A stretch of DNA of 64,000 nucleotides. It comes from Euzebyales bacterium (lineage in GTDB: Bacteria; Actinomycetota; Nitriliruptoria; Euzebyales; JAHELV01). The position numbers and the translations under genes were made by a program. How positions within the stretch are numbered: position 1 is the stretch's first letter; each line of letters opens with the position of its first letter. The stretch spans positions 156 to 64,155 of the forward strand of contig DASUUK010000094.1 of NCBI GenBank assembly GCA_036374135.1. Direction: 5' to 3'. Below are positions 1-8,593 of the stretch, piece after piece. The notes under the pieces are model-generated. The model worked only from the letters and a program-made list of their open reading frames with translations, did not search any database and was not told the DNA's origin.

Positions 1-67
1 GCAGCCCGCGGACGAGCAGCGTGACACCCAGGCCCATGCCCGCGCCGAGCAGCAGCACCGCGCTCAT
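1..67 (-). CDS. TadC-like (T2SS-F family) membrane protein, 5' end only, runs off window
   Basis: Reverse complement of 1-67 reads ATG AGC GCG GTG CTG... = MSAVLLLGAGMGLGVTLLVRGL (TM helix). Its ATG (65-67) overlaps the tadB stop (64-66) as ATGA. Position after tadA-tadB fits tadC. Only 22 codons visible. Confidence 0.4.
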   Translation of the reverse strand, partial: MSAVLLLGAGMGLGVTLLVRGL

Positions 68-909
68 GCCCGTCGTCCTCGGTCGGCGCGGGGCGTCTGG
101 GCCAGCAGTCGCGCCGAGGGCAGGTCGATGCGGTCCAGGCGCCCGAGGAGCGTGAGTGACGACGCGACGACGCCACCGACGACCGCGAGCCACAGCTGGC
201 CCTCGACCGTGCCGTACGGTGCGAGGTAGTCGGCACTGAACGTCAGCAGGGCGACGCAGAACACGGCCGTGATGATCAGGACCAGACGGGTCGCCGAGCG
301 GACGTGGGCGCGTCCCGCGTCGACGCTCGCGCGCATGGCGACCTGCGCCCTGGTGGCGTCGACGAGGGCGGCCAGCAACCGGCCGAGGTCCCGTGTCTCG
401 TGCTCTCCCGCGGTGATCAGTGCCGCAGCGAGCAGGTCGGCAGCCGGATCGTCGACGTCGTCGGCGAAGCCACGCATCGCGTCGGCCATCCGTTGGTGTT
501 CCAGTCGTCCCGCCAGCCTCGTGACGGCAGGCGCGATCGCGGGTGGAGGCCGGCGCGCGCTGACGACGATGGCCTCCTCGAGGCCGGCTGCGCCGGACAT
601 CGTGTCGCGCAACATCTCGATCCACTGGGCCACCGCGTCGCTGCGGGCCGCGGCTGTGCGGCGACGTCCGGCGGACAGCACCCGCGGCACGGTGACGGTG
701 GCGGTCCCAGCCAGTGCCGCGAGCACCGGCCAGCCGGTGACCGCGAACGTCGCCGCGGCGACAGCAGCGACGCCGAGCAGGCGGTTGACGGGGATCCTCG
801 GGCGCAGGCGGACGATGCCGCGCGCCGGCGGCGCCCCACGCACGCCGGAGGCGATCACCAGCAGTCCGAGCCCGACACCCGAACCCAGCAGCGCAGCGAG
901 CATGCTCAT
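64..909 (-). CDS. tadB: Flp pilus assembly membrane protein TadB (T2SS-F family)
   Basis: Last 281 codons of track ORF 64..1920. ATG 907-909 overlaps the tadA stop (ATGA). MSMLAALLGSGVGLGLLVIASG TM, soluble helical middle, C-terminal TMs (LVLIITAVFCVALL, LWLAVVGGVVASSLTLL). Sits directly after the CpaF/TadA ATPase. The upstream part of the ORF is Arg-rich shadow sequence. Confidence 0.8.
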   Translation of the reverse strand: MSMLAALLGSGVGLGLLVIASGVRGAPPARGIVRLRPRIPVNRLLGVAAVAAATFAVTGWPVLAALAGTATVTVPRVLSAGRRRTAAARSDAVAQWIEMLRDTMSGAAGLEEAIVVSARRPPPAIAPAVTRLAGRLEHQRMADAMRGFADDVDDPAADLLAAALITAGEHETRDLGRLLAALVDATRAQVAMRASVDAGRAHVRSATRLVLIITAVFCVALLTFSADYLAPYGTVEGQLWLAVVGGVVASSLTLLGRLDRIDLPSARLLAQTPRADRGRRA

Positions 910-2216
910 CGGGGCGCTCCGAGCAGGACATCCGACGAGAGACCCGCACGAAGGAGGTCGGCGCGCGTCGCGCTGCGCATCGGCGGTCTGTCCCCGCGCT
1001 GTGCGAGCCCGTCCGCATCGGTGGTGTACAGCTCGTTGGCCGTGATGGTCTGCCCCTCCGCGCCGACCACCTCGAGCACCGTCTGAACGGTCCGTGTCCG
1101 ACGGCCGTCGGTCCGCGCGCCGCTGTCGCCGACGAACACCACGAAGTCGACGGCGCTGGCGAACAGGTGCGCGCTCGCTTCGACCGGGAGGCCGTATGGC
1201 GGCAGGAGGCCGTACATCAGGGCGCGGTCGAACACGTGACGTGCGCTCGCAGCGTGGATCGTGCACATCGATCCGTCCCGGCCCTGGGTCATTGCCAGCA
1301 GCATCGGGACCAGCTCCGGCCCTCGCACCTCGCCGACCATCACCCGGTCGGGGTTCATGCGCAGCCCCATGCGGACGAGCTGTTCGAGCTCGATCCCGCC
1401 CCGGCCCTCGATGTTGGCCTGGCGCGCCTCCAACGCGACGACGTCCGGGTGCAGATCGTCGAACCGGTCGATGCTCAGCTCGAGGTTGTCCTCGACGGTG
1501 ACCAGCCGCTCGGCCGGGTCGATCTCGTTGACCAGCGCGCGCAGCAGGGTCGTCTTGCCGGCCCCGGTCGAGCCGCTGATGACGAGGTTCTTGCGCGCCC
1601 GCACGGCGCTGCGCAGCACGGCGGCGAGTTCGCGGCTGAGCATGCCGCGGTCGATCAGCTCGTCCAGGAACGACAGCGCGAACTTGTGCCGACGGATGCT
1701 CACACAGGGCCGGCCGGAGACGTCGCGGATCGCGTGCAGGCGCGAGCCGTCCGGCAGTTGCAGGTTCAGCTCGGGCTCGGCCGCGTCGAAGCGGCGCTCG
1801 GTGCGGCCCATCCGTGCGGCCGCGAGGCGGATCAGCTCGATCAGTTCGGCGTCGTCGTCGGCGACGGGGTCGTCGCGCACGCGGCGTCCGTCGCGGTAGG
1901 TCACGAACACGTTGTCGCATCCGTTGACCGCGATGTCGCTGACGTCGTCGTCGTCGAGCAGGGGCTGCAACCTGCCGAGCCCGAAGAGCCTGTCGTGGAC
2001 TGCGGCGGTCACCTCGACGTCCTCGGCGTCGGACGGCGGCGACAGCCCACGGCGCAACCGTGCCTGCGTCTCACGTTCCAGTGCCGCGTTGATCAACGCG
2101 TGCGCGTACGACCGTTCGTCGTCGCGGTCCATCCGCGCCTCGCCCGACGCGGACCGTTCCGACAACATGTCGGCCACCTCGCGGGTGAGCCGCTGCACGA
2201 GCACAGCGTCCGTCAC
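906..2216 (-). CDS. tadA: Tad/Flp pilus assembly ATPase CpaF/TadA
   Basis: 436 aa. Walker A GSTGAGKTT, LVTVEDNLEL Asp box, GSMCTIHA His-box region, overall VirB11/CpaF-like sequence. GTG start (2214-2216) overlaps upstream stop as GTGA. Confidence 0.95.
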   Translation of the reverse strand: MTDAVLVQRLTREVADMLSERSASGEARMDRDDERSYAHALINAALERETQARLRRGLSPPSDAEDVEVTAAVHDRLFGLGRLQPLLDDDDVSDIAVNGCDNVFVTYRDGRRVRDDPVADDDAELIELIRLAAARMGRTERRFDAAEPELNLQLPDGSRLHAIRDVSGRPCVSIRRHKFALSFLDELIDRGMLSRELAAVLRSAVRARKNLVISGSTGAGKTTLLRALVNEIDPAERLVTVEDNLELSIDRFDDLHPDVVALEARQANIEGRGGIELEQLVRMGLRMNPDRVMVGEVRGPELVPMLLAMTQGRDGSMCTIHAASARHVFDRALMYGLLPPYGLPVEASAHLFASAVDFVVFVGDSGARTDGRRTRTVQTVLEVVGAEGQTITANELYTTDADGLAQRGDRPPMRSATRADLLRAGLSSDVLLGAPR

Positions 2217-2974
2217 GGCACCGACACCTGCCGATCACTGCCGATCGTCGGGTCCGACGGCGGGCCGGCTCCGAGGACGTCCGCGACCATGCGTCGGGCG
2301 CTGCGCAGCAGTCGTGACCGCCCGAGGCGCTGGCGCGCGGCCTCCCCGTTGAGCGCGGCGGCTGTCCGGCGGTCCCCTGGGAGCACACCTGCGATCCGCG
2401 CACCGGCGGCGGCGGCGACATCCTCCGCGGCGTAGGGTCCGTCGTCGATGAGCACGACCTGCGGATCGACACGCGCGTGCCGTAGTGCCGGCACGCGAGC
2501 CTGCAGCAGCGCGACCTGATCCAGGCGTGGGCGCGCGGCGAGGAGCGTCACATCGGCGCACCGCGCAGCGTCGATCGCGGCGCTGTTGGCCCGCAGTCGC
2601 CCGCAGTCGACGATGACATCGCGGTCGTCGGGCGCGGCTCCGCCACGGGCGAGGACCATCCACCGTTCCTGGTCGACCGCTGCCAGAGTGGCGCACGCCT
2701 GCTCGGCTCCGGTCGGCGCGACGAGGATCCGGACGGTGTCACCCAGCGGCTGCGTGTGCTGGTCGATGTCACACCGGCCGCGCAGGAGCGATGCAACGGC
2801 ATCGACCAGGCCGGGTTGGGGATGCAGGCCGCGGCGGGCGGCCAGCACACCGCCGTCGGGATCGGCCTCCACCACCAGAAGTGGGCGATCGGCGGACCAC
2901 ACGGCCGCCAGTGCGAGCACCGTCGTCGTCGCACCGGGCGCGCCCGGCACGGCGCCCACCGCGATGGCGGTCAA
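2213..2974 (-). CDS. TadZ/CpaE-like ParA/MinD-fold pilus localisation protein with degenerate Walker A
   Basis: 253 aa. MTAIAVGAVPGAPGATTTVLALA...LLVVEADPDGG resembles a ParA/MinD N-terminus but lacks the P-loop Lys. TTG start overlaps cpaB stop (TTGA) and its stop overlaps the tadA start. Position between cpaB and tadA is the usual TadZ slot. Confidence 0.7.
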   Translation of the reverse strand: MTAIAVGAVPGAPGATTTVLALAAVWSADRPLLVVEADPDGGVLAARRGLHPQPGLVDAVASLLRGRCDIDQHTQPLGDTVRILVAPTGAEQACATLAAVDQERWMVLARGGAAPDDRDVIVDCGRLRANSAAIDAARCADVTLLAARPRLDQVALLQARVPALRHARVDPQVVLIDDGPYAAEDVAAAAGARIAGVLPGDRRTAAALNGEAARQRLGRSRLLRSARRMVADVLGAGPPSDPTIGSDRQVSVP

Positions 2975-3645
2975 CTTCCGGCTCCGTGCAGCAGGAGCCG
3001 CGCCCGGTCCTGGGCAGCGGCCGTCGTGACGGCGGTCGCAGACTGCGCACCGACCACGATCGAGACCAGGCGCGTCGCGGACCCGTCGACGACGGACTCG
3101 ACGCGCGCGACGACGGCGTCCTCTGCCAGCACCCTGCCCGCTCCGCCCGTGTCGACGATGGTGACCTGATCGCCCGGCGCGAGCGTGGACGTCGGGTACC
3201 CGCCGGGGTCGAGCAGCAGCCCGACCGTCCGTGCGGACGGACCGATGTCCACCGATGCGGCGGTGACCAGGTCGGGGGTCACGACGGCGCCCGCTGGCAG
3301 GGACGTCAGCAGGGTACGGCCGAGCAGACGCGCGCGGTCGTCAGCCGGCAGCGTCGCGATCGTGCTGTCAGCGGTCACCTGGGCGACGGCCAGATCCGCT
3401 TCGGTCAGCACCGTGCCGCGCGCGACGGGTCGCGACAGCGCGACGACCGGACGTTGCTCCGACAACGTCTGTGTGAGCACCGCGAAGCCCAGCGCACACC
3501 CGACCACGAGCAGCAGGCCGGCCAGCAGTGTGGGGACATGGACACGCCGACGCGCCGGAGCGATCCGTGGCGTCGGCTCACGCGTCGCCCGCGTCGCCAT
3601 CGCGGTCACGGCTGCACACCGCGACGTCCGGTGACGCCGCGACAT
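2971..3645 (-). CDS. cpaB: Flp pilus assembly protein CpaB/RcpC (SAF domain)
   Basis: 224 aa. Basic N-terminus, one TM (LLAGLLLVVGCALGFAVL), then a SAF-like segment (RPVARGTVLTEADLAVAQV) and an RcpC-like C-terminus. First gene of the tad operon here. Confidence 0.8.
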   Translation of the reverse strand: MSRRHRTSRCAAVTAMATRATREPTPRIAPARRRVHVPTLLAGLLLVVGCALGFAVLTQTLSEQRPVVALSRPVARGTVLTEADLAVAQVTADSTIATLPADDRARLLGRTLLTSLPAGAVVTPDLVTAASVDIGPSARTVGLLLDPGGYPTSTLAPGDQVTIVDTGGAGRVLAEDAVVARVESVVDGSATRLVSIVVGAQSATAVTTAAAQDRARLLLHGAGS

Positions 3646-3848
3646 CCGTCGCGCATGTTACGGTCCCCCTCGATCGCCCCCGACCAGCCCGCCCGCGGCG
3701 CGCAATTCATGCGCCATTTCGTACCAGACCACTGATCTGCGGTGTTTGTACCTTTGGACACGTCGGTGGTTCGGAGCTACGTGGTCGGGTGATTGCGGAA
3801 GCGCGATCCGCCCGACCCGGCACCGGTCATCTGTGCGACAGTGGCCAG

Positions 3849-4655
3849 ATGACACGCGGGCGTGACCCTGGACCAGCCTCCGTGGTCGATCAGACCCTTG
3901 GCCGGTTGGTCGTGCGCCGCGAGGCTGGTCATCCCTCGGTGCGGCTGCTCGAGGTCGACGGGCACGCCTACGGGGCGGTGGACCTCGACGATCCACGCCG
4001 GTTCGAGCTCATGTACCTGGCGCTGTTCGGCGCGGTCGTCGAGGCGCTGCTGCCGGCCGGGCCCTGTGATCTGCTGCACCTGGGTGGCGGCGCGTTCGCC
4101 CTGCCGCGTGCGTTGGCCGCACGCCGGCCCGAGCTGGGTCAGGTGGTCGTCGAATCGTCGGCGGCGGTCATCGAGCTGGCTGAGCGGGAGCTCGGCCTCG
4201 CACCGTTGCCGCGGCTGGCGGTACACCACGACGACGCGCGGCGTGTCGTGCAGCGCAGCGCCACATCCTCCGTCGACCTGATCGTGGGCGACGCGTTCGT
4301 GGGCCGTCGCACGCCCCGGCATCTGGCGACCGCCGAGTTCGCGGCCGAGGTCGCCGGCGTGCTGCGGCCGCGCGGCGCGTACGTGCTCAACGTCATCGAC
4401 GAACCACCCTGGTCCCATGTCGGCGTGCACGCGGCGACGCTCCGCACCGCCTTCCCGCACCTGCTGGCCGTCGGGCCACCGGCTGTCGCCGATCTGCGCG
4501 AGAGCGGCAACATGCTGCTGATCTCCTCCCGGCGCCCGCTGCACCGCGGGACGCTGCAGTGGCGACTGCGTGGCGCGCCGCTGTCGATCGATGTGCTGTC
4601 CTCGGCACGGCTGGCCGCGCTCGCCGCGGTCGCCGTGCCGCTGCACGACGGGTGA
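3849..4655 (+). CDS. Spermidine synthase-like class I methyltransferase-fold protein
   Basis: Inner ATG (3849) of ORF 3528..4655. LLHLGGGAFALPRALAARRP...VVESSAAVIELAEREL...VDLIVGDAF...HLATAEFAAEVAGVLRPRGAYVLNV is the spermine/spermidine synthase-like pattern. An alternative GTG at 3789 is possible. Confidence 0.7.
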   Translation: MTRGRDPGPASVVDQTLGRLVVRREAGHPSVRLLEVDGHAYGAVDLDDPRRFELMYLALFGAVVEALLPAGPCDLLHLGGGAFALPRALAARRPELGQVVVESSAAVIELAERELGLAPLPRLAVHHDDARRVVQRSATSSVDLIVGDAFVGRRTPRHLATAEFAAEVAGVLRPRGAYVLNVIDEPPWSHVGVHAATLRTAFPHLLAVGPPAVADLRESGNMLLISSRRPLHRGTLQWRLRGAPLSIDVLSSARLAALAAVAVPLHDG

Positions 4656-4839
4656 CGCGGGTCATGTTCCGGGCGTCGCGACCGCCCGCACGTCGCGCTC
4701 CACGCGCCGCGCGGTCGCCAAGGACGCGTCAGCCGGCCACCGCGGCCACGCCCGGGGCGACCACGCGCTCCGCCCGGCGCCGCAGCACTGCCGTCGGTGT
4801 GGCGCGGACGGCCGCCGGGTTCTGGTCTATGGTGCCCGC

Positions 4840-5364
4840 ATGGAGGAATCGAATCGACGTGTGCTGGTCGTCGGCGGTCTGGCGGGACTGCTCGCGCTCG
4901 TGCGCAGGCGCAAGAAGAGGAAGAAGACGACGAAGAAGAAGGACCGGTGCTGCGCGTCCGGCACCCTGGCCTGGCCGGACGCCCCTGCGTGGAACGACGC
5001 CGGGCAGATGACCAACGTCGACGACTTCAACGCGTTCGTCGAGGACGCGCGCCCCTGCTATCGGCACTATCCCGAGGCGTCCGCGCAGGCCGTGCTGGGG
5101 ATGGACCCGACCGGGGCGAGCCCGCAGACGCAGTTCCTCCTGCGCTACGGTCCCGGCGCCGGATCGGGCGAGACCGACGTGGTGAACACCGTCGAGAGCA
5201 TCGGCGACGACTCGGTCGAGGCGACGCGCTACCTGCTCACGTTCGGCGACGAGACGGTGCTCGGCGGCACGCCTGGCAGGCACCGGCTGCTGGCCGGCGT
5301 GCGTGAGTTCCGGTGCCACGAGGGGCGCGGCCACACGGACTGGGGTCCCGAACTGTGCCTGTGA
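4840..5364 (+). CDS. Hypothetical single-pass membrane protein with poly-Lys juxtamembrane tract
   Basis: Inner ATG of ORF 4570..5364. MEESNRRVLVVGGLAGLLALV (TM), RRRKKRKKTTKKKDR, then a 130-aa Cys/Trp/Tyr-containing globular part. High GC3 in this frame. The competing minus ORF 4729..5334 is Arg/Ala/Pro-rich. No family recognised. Confidence 0.5.
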   Translation: MEESNRRVLVVGGLAGLLALVRRRKKRKKTTKKKDRCCASGTLAWPDAPAWNDAGQMTNVDDFNAFVEDARPCYRHYPEASAQAVLGMDPTGASPQTQFLLRYGPGAGSGETDVVNTVESIGDDSVEATRYLLTFGDETVLGGTPGRHRLLAGVREFRCHEGRGHTDWGPELCL

Positions 5365-5399
5365 CCGGGCGGATGCCCGCGGCGGGGGCGTCCCGCCAG

Positions 5400-5925
5400 C
5401 GGATCCAGCCCGATCGATGACGGGCAGGGTCAGCCGGATGCGGATGCCCGGCGCGGAAGGTGTTGGCGGTCATGCGCACCGGCCCGACGGCACCGGGTCA
5501 CGTCGGTCGTAGCGGAAGGGTGTCGCCCGGTTCGTCGCCCGGTGTTCGGTGGACAGCCCGCCACCGGTCTGGCCCGCATGACCATCCGAGTGGAGGTACA
5601 GGTCGACCCACCGTGTCCCGGGCGGCGGCCAGTCGTCCGCGTCACGCCAGACGTCGTCGCCCATCACGAACACCCGCACCGGCGGGTCCCGGTCGACGCC
5701 GTTGTCTGCGCCCCGCAGGGCTGGACGACGACGGCGTAGCCGGCGCGGACCGCCCGGATGACGTCGAGTGTGTACAGCGCCGACGCCATGTCGGACGTGT
5801 CATGGCGCAGTCGTTGCAGCAGCGCCGGTGCCGGCTGGCGGTCGTCGGGTCGGTACACGTCGGTCGCGCAGCACGGTGCCGTCAGTCATCGGCACGGCCA
5901 CGTCTGTGTCGATGACGATGCGCAT
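5400..5925 (-). pseudogene. CocE/NonD-family (S15 X-Pro dipeptidyl-peptidase-like) hydrolase remnant
   Basis: Blocks in three minus frames match conserved parts of this family. MRIVIDTDVAVPMTDGTVLR starts at 5925. YRPDDRQPAPALLQRL...AGYAVVVQ lies in ORF 5664..5858. GDDVWRDADDWPPPGTRWVDLYLHSDG...FRYDRRDPVP lies in ORF 5470..5679. TANTFRAGH / IRIRLTL lie at about 5480-5400. Only about 0.5 kb is left of a normally ~1.7 kb gene. Confidence 0.7.
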
Positions 5926-5942
5926 GTCGGCGACGCACGGCG

Positions 5943-6620
5943 TCAGCTCGTGGGACGCTGTTCGGTCCACACGTAGTCGATCTGCGCGGCCGTTGCCTGT
6001 GCCAGCGCGCCGTCGACCAGGCGCTCGACCAGGTGCAACGCCATGGCGATGCCCGACGTCATGCCACCCGACGTCACGACGTGACCGGCGTCGACCCACC
6101 GGACGTCGTCGCGGGTCGACCCACCGTCCCGCAGTTCGTCGAGGACGCGCACGTCCTCCCAGTGCGTCGTGGCCGCCGCATCGCCGAGCACGCCTGCGGC
6201 GTGCAGCAGGAACGCGCCGGTGCACACCCCCACGACGATGTCGACCGAGGGGTCGAGAGCACACACGGTTTCGGTCACCTCGGCCATGTCCGCGATCGCA
6301 CCGAGGTCGATGAGACCTGGCACGATCAGCACGTCCAACGGCCCGGCCTCGGCAATGGCACCGCGGGACGGGCTGAGTCCGAGGCCGCCGAAGCCCGTCA
6401 CCGGCTCCCCGTCGACGCTGTGGGTGTCGACGGCGAACGGCGCGTCGCCGCCGCGACGGGTGACCAGCCGGTTGGCGGTCAGCAGGACCTCGTACGGGCC
6501 GGCGACGTCGATCACGTCGCAGCCGTCGAAGAGCAGCAGTCCGACGGACGTCACGCCGGCGCGCCGGTCGCGCCCGGGTACGTCGGTCCGGGGAGCTCGG
6601 GCGGGGGATGGTGGTGGCAT
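5943..6620 (-). CDS. DJ-1/PfpI family (type 1 glutamine amidotransferase-like) protein
   Basis: Inner ATG (6618-6620) of ORF 5943..6779. SVGLLLFDGCDVIDVAGPYEVL...LDVLIVPG...DIVVGVCTGAFLLHAAGVL...HWE...GHVVTSGGMTSGIAMALHLV has the nucleophile-elbow Cys and the family pattern. A GTG at 6554 is an alternative start. Confidence 0.85.
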   Translation of the reverse strand: MPPPSPARAPRTDVPGRDRRAGVTSVGLLLFDGCDVIDVAGPYEVLLTANRLVTRRGGDAPFAVDTHSVDGEPVTGFGGLGLSPSRGAIAEAGPLDVLIVPGLIDLGAIADMAEVTETVCALDPSVDIVVGVCTGAFLLHAAGVLGDAAATTHWEDVRVLDELRDGGSTRDDVRWVDAGHVVTSGGMTSGIAMALHLVERLVDGALAQATAAQIDYVWTEQRPTS

Positions 6621-6719
6621 CGCGGATGACCTCCGGGTCGACGGCGGGCGCGTCACAATGGGCGAGGGCCGTGTACCGACTGTCCGCCGTCGGCCGTGAT
6701 GACCGTACCGTGACCGCCC

Positions 6720-6978
6720 GCGTGCCGGTGGCCACGGTGCCCAGCGCAACCGCGTTGAGGCGGATGCCGGGGGCGCCAAGTGGCACCGACAGCGCCGTGA
6801 GCGAGGCGACGTCGGCCGGATTCGCGATGGCGGCGGGGGTGACGTGGTGGCGGCGGGCGGCCGTCCCGGGTGGCAGCGTCACCTGTGCGGCGGTGTCGAC
6901 GCCGATGACCGGATGCCCCGCGGCGAGCAGCGCCACGACGGCCGCATGCCCGATGTCATCGGACGCCCCCGTGACCAC
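6720..6978 (-). pseudogene. Short-chain dehydrogenase/reductase remnant (internally deleted, 5'-truncated)
   Basis: GTG-initiated MVTGASDDIGHAAVVALLAAGHPVIGVD (TGxxxGIG motif) with no upstream start before the sigma-factor stop. It jumps straight to LGAPGIRLNAVALGTVATG, a block that normally follows YxxxK. The NNAG, Ser and YxxxK segments are absent. The rest of ORF 5800..6978 is shadow sequence. Confidence 0.5.
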
Positions 6979-7056
6979 GACCCCGCCCCGCTGCCATAGG
7001 CCGCCAGCCCAGGTGGGTGCGGGGTCCCCGGTCGGCCATGAGTCGACCGAGGGGCG

Positions 7057-7944
7057 TCAGGCGGCCAGCGCCACCTCGTCGCGCAACGTCGCGAGCGCAT
7101 CGAGCTCGATGCGCCGCACCCGTTCGCGCGACAGGCCCAGCTCGTCGCCGATCTGGCGCAGTGATGCGCCGTCTCCGCCGTCGAAGCCGTACCGACGGCG
7201 CAGGATGTACTGGCTGCGCTCGTCCAGGGTCGCCTGGGTCGCGGCCAGCATGGCCTCGATCAGCAACCGCTGGCTGACCTCCTCGTCGGGCGCGTCGTCC
7301 GCGACGGCGACGAGGTCCTCTCGCACCGACGCATCCGGGTCGTCCGACAGCGGCTTCTGCAGCGAGTCGACGCGGTAGTCCGCACCGCGTGCGCGCTCGA
7401 CACGCGCCGGGGTGAGGCGGGTCGCCTCGGCGACCTCTTCGGTGGTCGGCTCGCGTCCGGTCTCGTCGCGCAGCCTGGCGGTGGCGGCGCGGACCTTGCC
7501 CAGCTCCTGGTGGACGCCCGCGGGCAGGCGGATGGCACGGTCGCCGCGGGCGATGCCGCGCTGGATCGCCTGGCGGATCCACCACGTGGCGTAGGTCGAG
7601 AACTTGCCGCCGCGCCGCCAGTCGAACTTCTCGACGGCGCGGATGAGCCCGAGGTTGCCCTCCTGGATGAGCTCGTCGAGGTCGAGGTCGGTGCGTGACA
7701 TGAACTGCGTCGCGATGCTGACGACGAGTCGCAGGTTGGCCTCCACGAACTGCCCGAACGCCTGCTGGCCGGCGGCGACGTCGCGCTCCAGGCGGTCGCG
7801 GTCGGCGGTGCCGGCGTCGTCGAGCAGCGCGGCGGCCTCGCGACCGGCCTCGATCTGCTTGGCCAGCCGCACTTCGTCGTCCGCGGTCAGCAGGTCGCGC
7901 CTGCCGAGCTCGTTGAAGTAGCGGTCAGCGGTCTGGATCGCCAT
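7057..7944 (-). CDS. RNA polymerase sigma-70 family factor (group 2/3-like, SigB/HrdD type)
   Basis: 295 aa. Regions 2-4 are clear: DLIQEGNLGLIRAVEKFD, FSTYATWWIRQAIQRGI, a region 3 segment, and SLRQIGDELGLSRERVRRIELDAL (4.2 HTH). No long region 1.1. Confidence 0.95.
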   Translation of the reverse strand: MAIQTADRYFNELGRRDLLTADDEVRLAKQIEAGREAAALLDDAGTADRDRLERDVAAGQQAFGQFVEANLRLVVSIATQFMSRTDLDLDELIQEGNLGLIRAVEKFDWRRGGKFSTYATWWIRQAIQRGIARGDRAIRLPAGVHQELGKVRAATARLRDETGREPTTEEVAEATRLTPARVERARGADYRVDSLQKPLSDDPDASVREDLVAVADDAPDEEVSQRLLIEAMLAATQATLDERSQYILRRRYGFDGGDGASLRQIGDELGLSRERVRRIELDALATLRDEVALAA

Positions 7945-8055
7945 GTCTCTCCCCTGCGGCGTTCTGTGTCCGGGTCGTCCGAGAAACCGGAACTCCCAGA
8001 TAGCAGAACTCCTGTACTATTGTTGCGAGGTCGAGAGTACCGTGGTGATACCCGA

Positions 8056-8568
8056 ATGTCTACACAATCCCAGGGTTCTGGTGGCGCGCCCATCGACGAA
8101 GCCCTTGCGCACGCGTTCGCGGCGTTCGGCCCTGCGTACAAGCGGTGGACGAAGACGCGGCTGACCGAACGTGACATCGGCTACACGCACGCCCGCGCGC
8201 TGCACCTGCTGCGCTGCAAGGGCCCCCAGATCATGAGTGAGCTGGGCAACGACCTCGGCATCACCCCCCGCTACGTCACGGTGCTCATCGATCACATGGA
8301 GGACGAAGGCCTGGTCACACGCCGACGCCACCCACGCGACCGGCGCGCCACGCTGATCGAGCTCACCGCCGCCGGCCAGCAGATGTGCGGCGCCACGGAT
8401 GACGAGCACGTGGAGGCGGCCGCCGAGCTGCTGCAGGCACTGTCACCGGCGCAGCAGCAGGCGCTGCTCGAGGCCATGGAGACGCTGCTGAGCGAGCTGC
8501 AACGCCGCGGGGCCTGCCCGAATCCGGACACCCTGCTGCACCCGCCGCACCCACCGTCGGTGGCGTGA
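8056..8568 (+). CDS. MarR family transcriptional regulator
   Basis: Inner ATG of ORF 7966..8568. HARALHLLRCKGPQIMSELGNDLGITPRYVTVLIDHMEDEGLVTRRRHPRDRRATLIELT is the winged-helix MarR signature. Divergent from the sigma factor gene. Confidence 0.9.
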   Translation: MSTQSQGSGGAPIDEALAHAFAAFGPAYKRWTKTRLTERDIGYTHARALHLLRCKGPQIMSELGNDLGITPRYVTVLIDHMEDEGLVTRRRHPRDRRATLIELTAAGQQMCGATDDEHVEAAAELLQALSPAQQQALLEAMETLLSELQRRGACPNPDTLLHPPHPPSVA

Positions 8569-8593
8569 CCGGCACCCGCTTCACGCCGCGCGC

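Noticed and set aside
3646-3848. An Flp pilin or prepilin peptidase gene upstream of cpaB.
   Set aside because: No small ORF on the minus strand has the Flp G/XXXXEY processing motif or a hydrophobic pilin core. ORF 3658..3996- is Arg-rich shadow sequence. Pilin genes are probably outside the window.
7989-8045. Direct repeat GAACTCC (7990-7996 and 8006-8012) and GTACT...AGTAC inverted repeat in the sigma-factor/marR divergent intergenic region, as possible MarR operators or a sigma promoter.
   Set aside because: The elements are only 5-7 bp, with no independent support. They are plausible but not distinguishable from chance.
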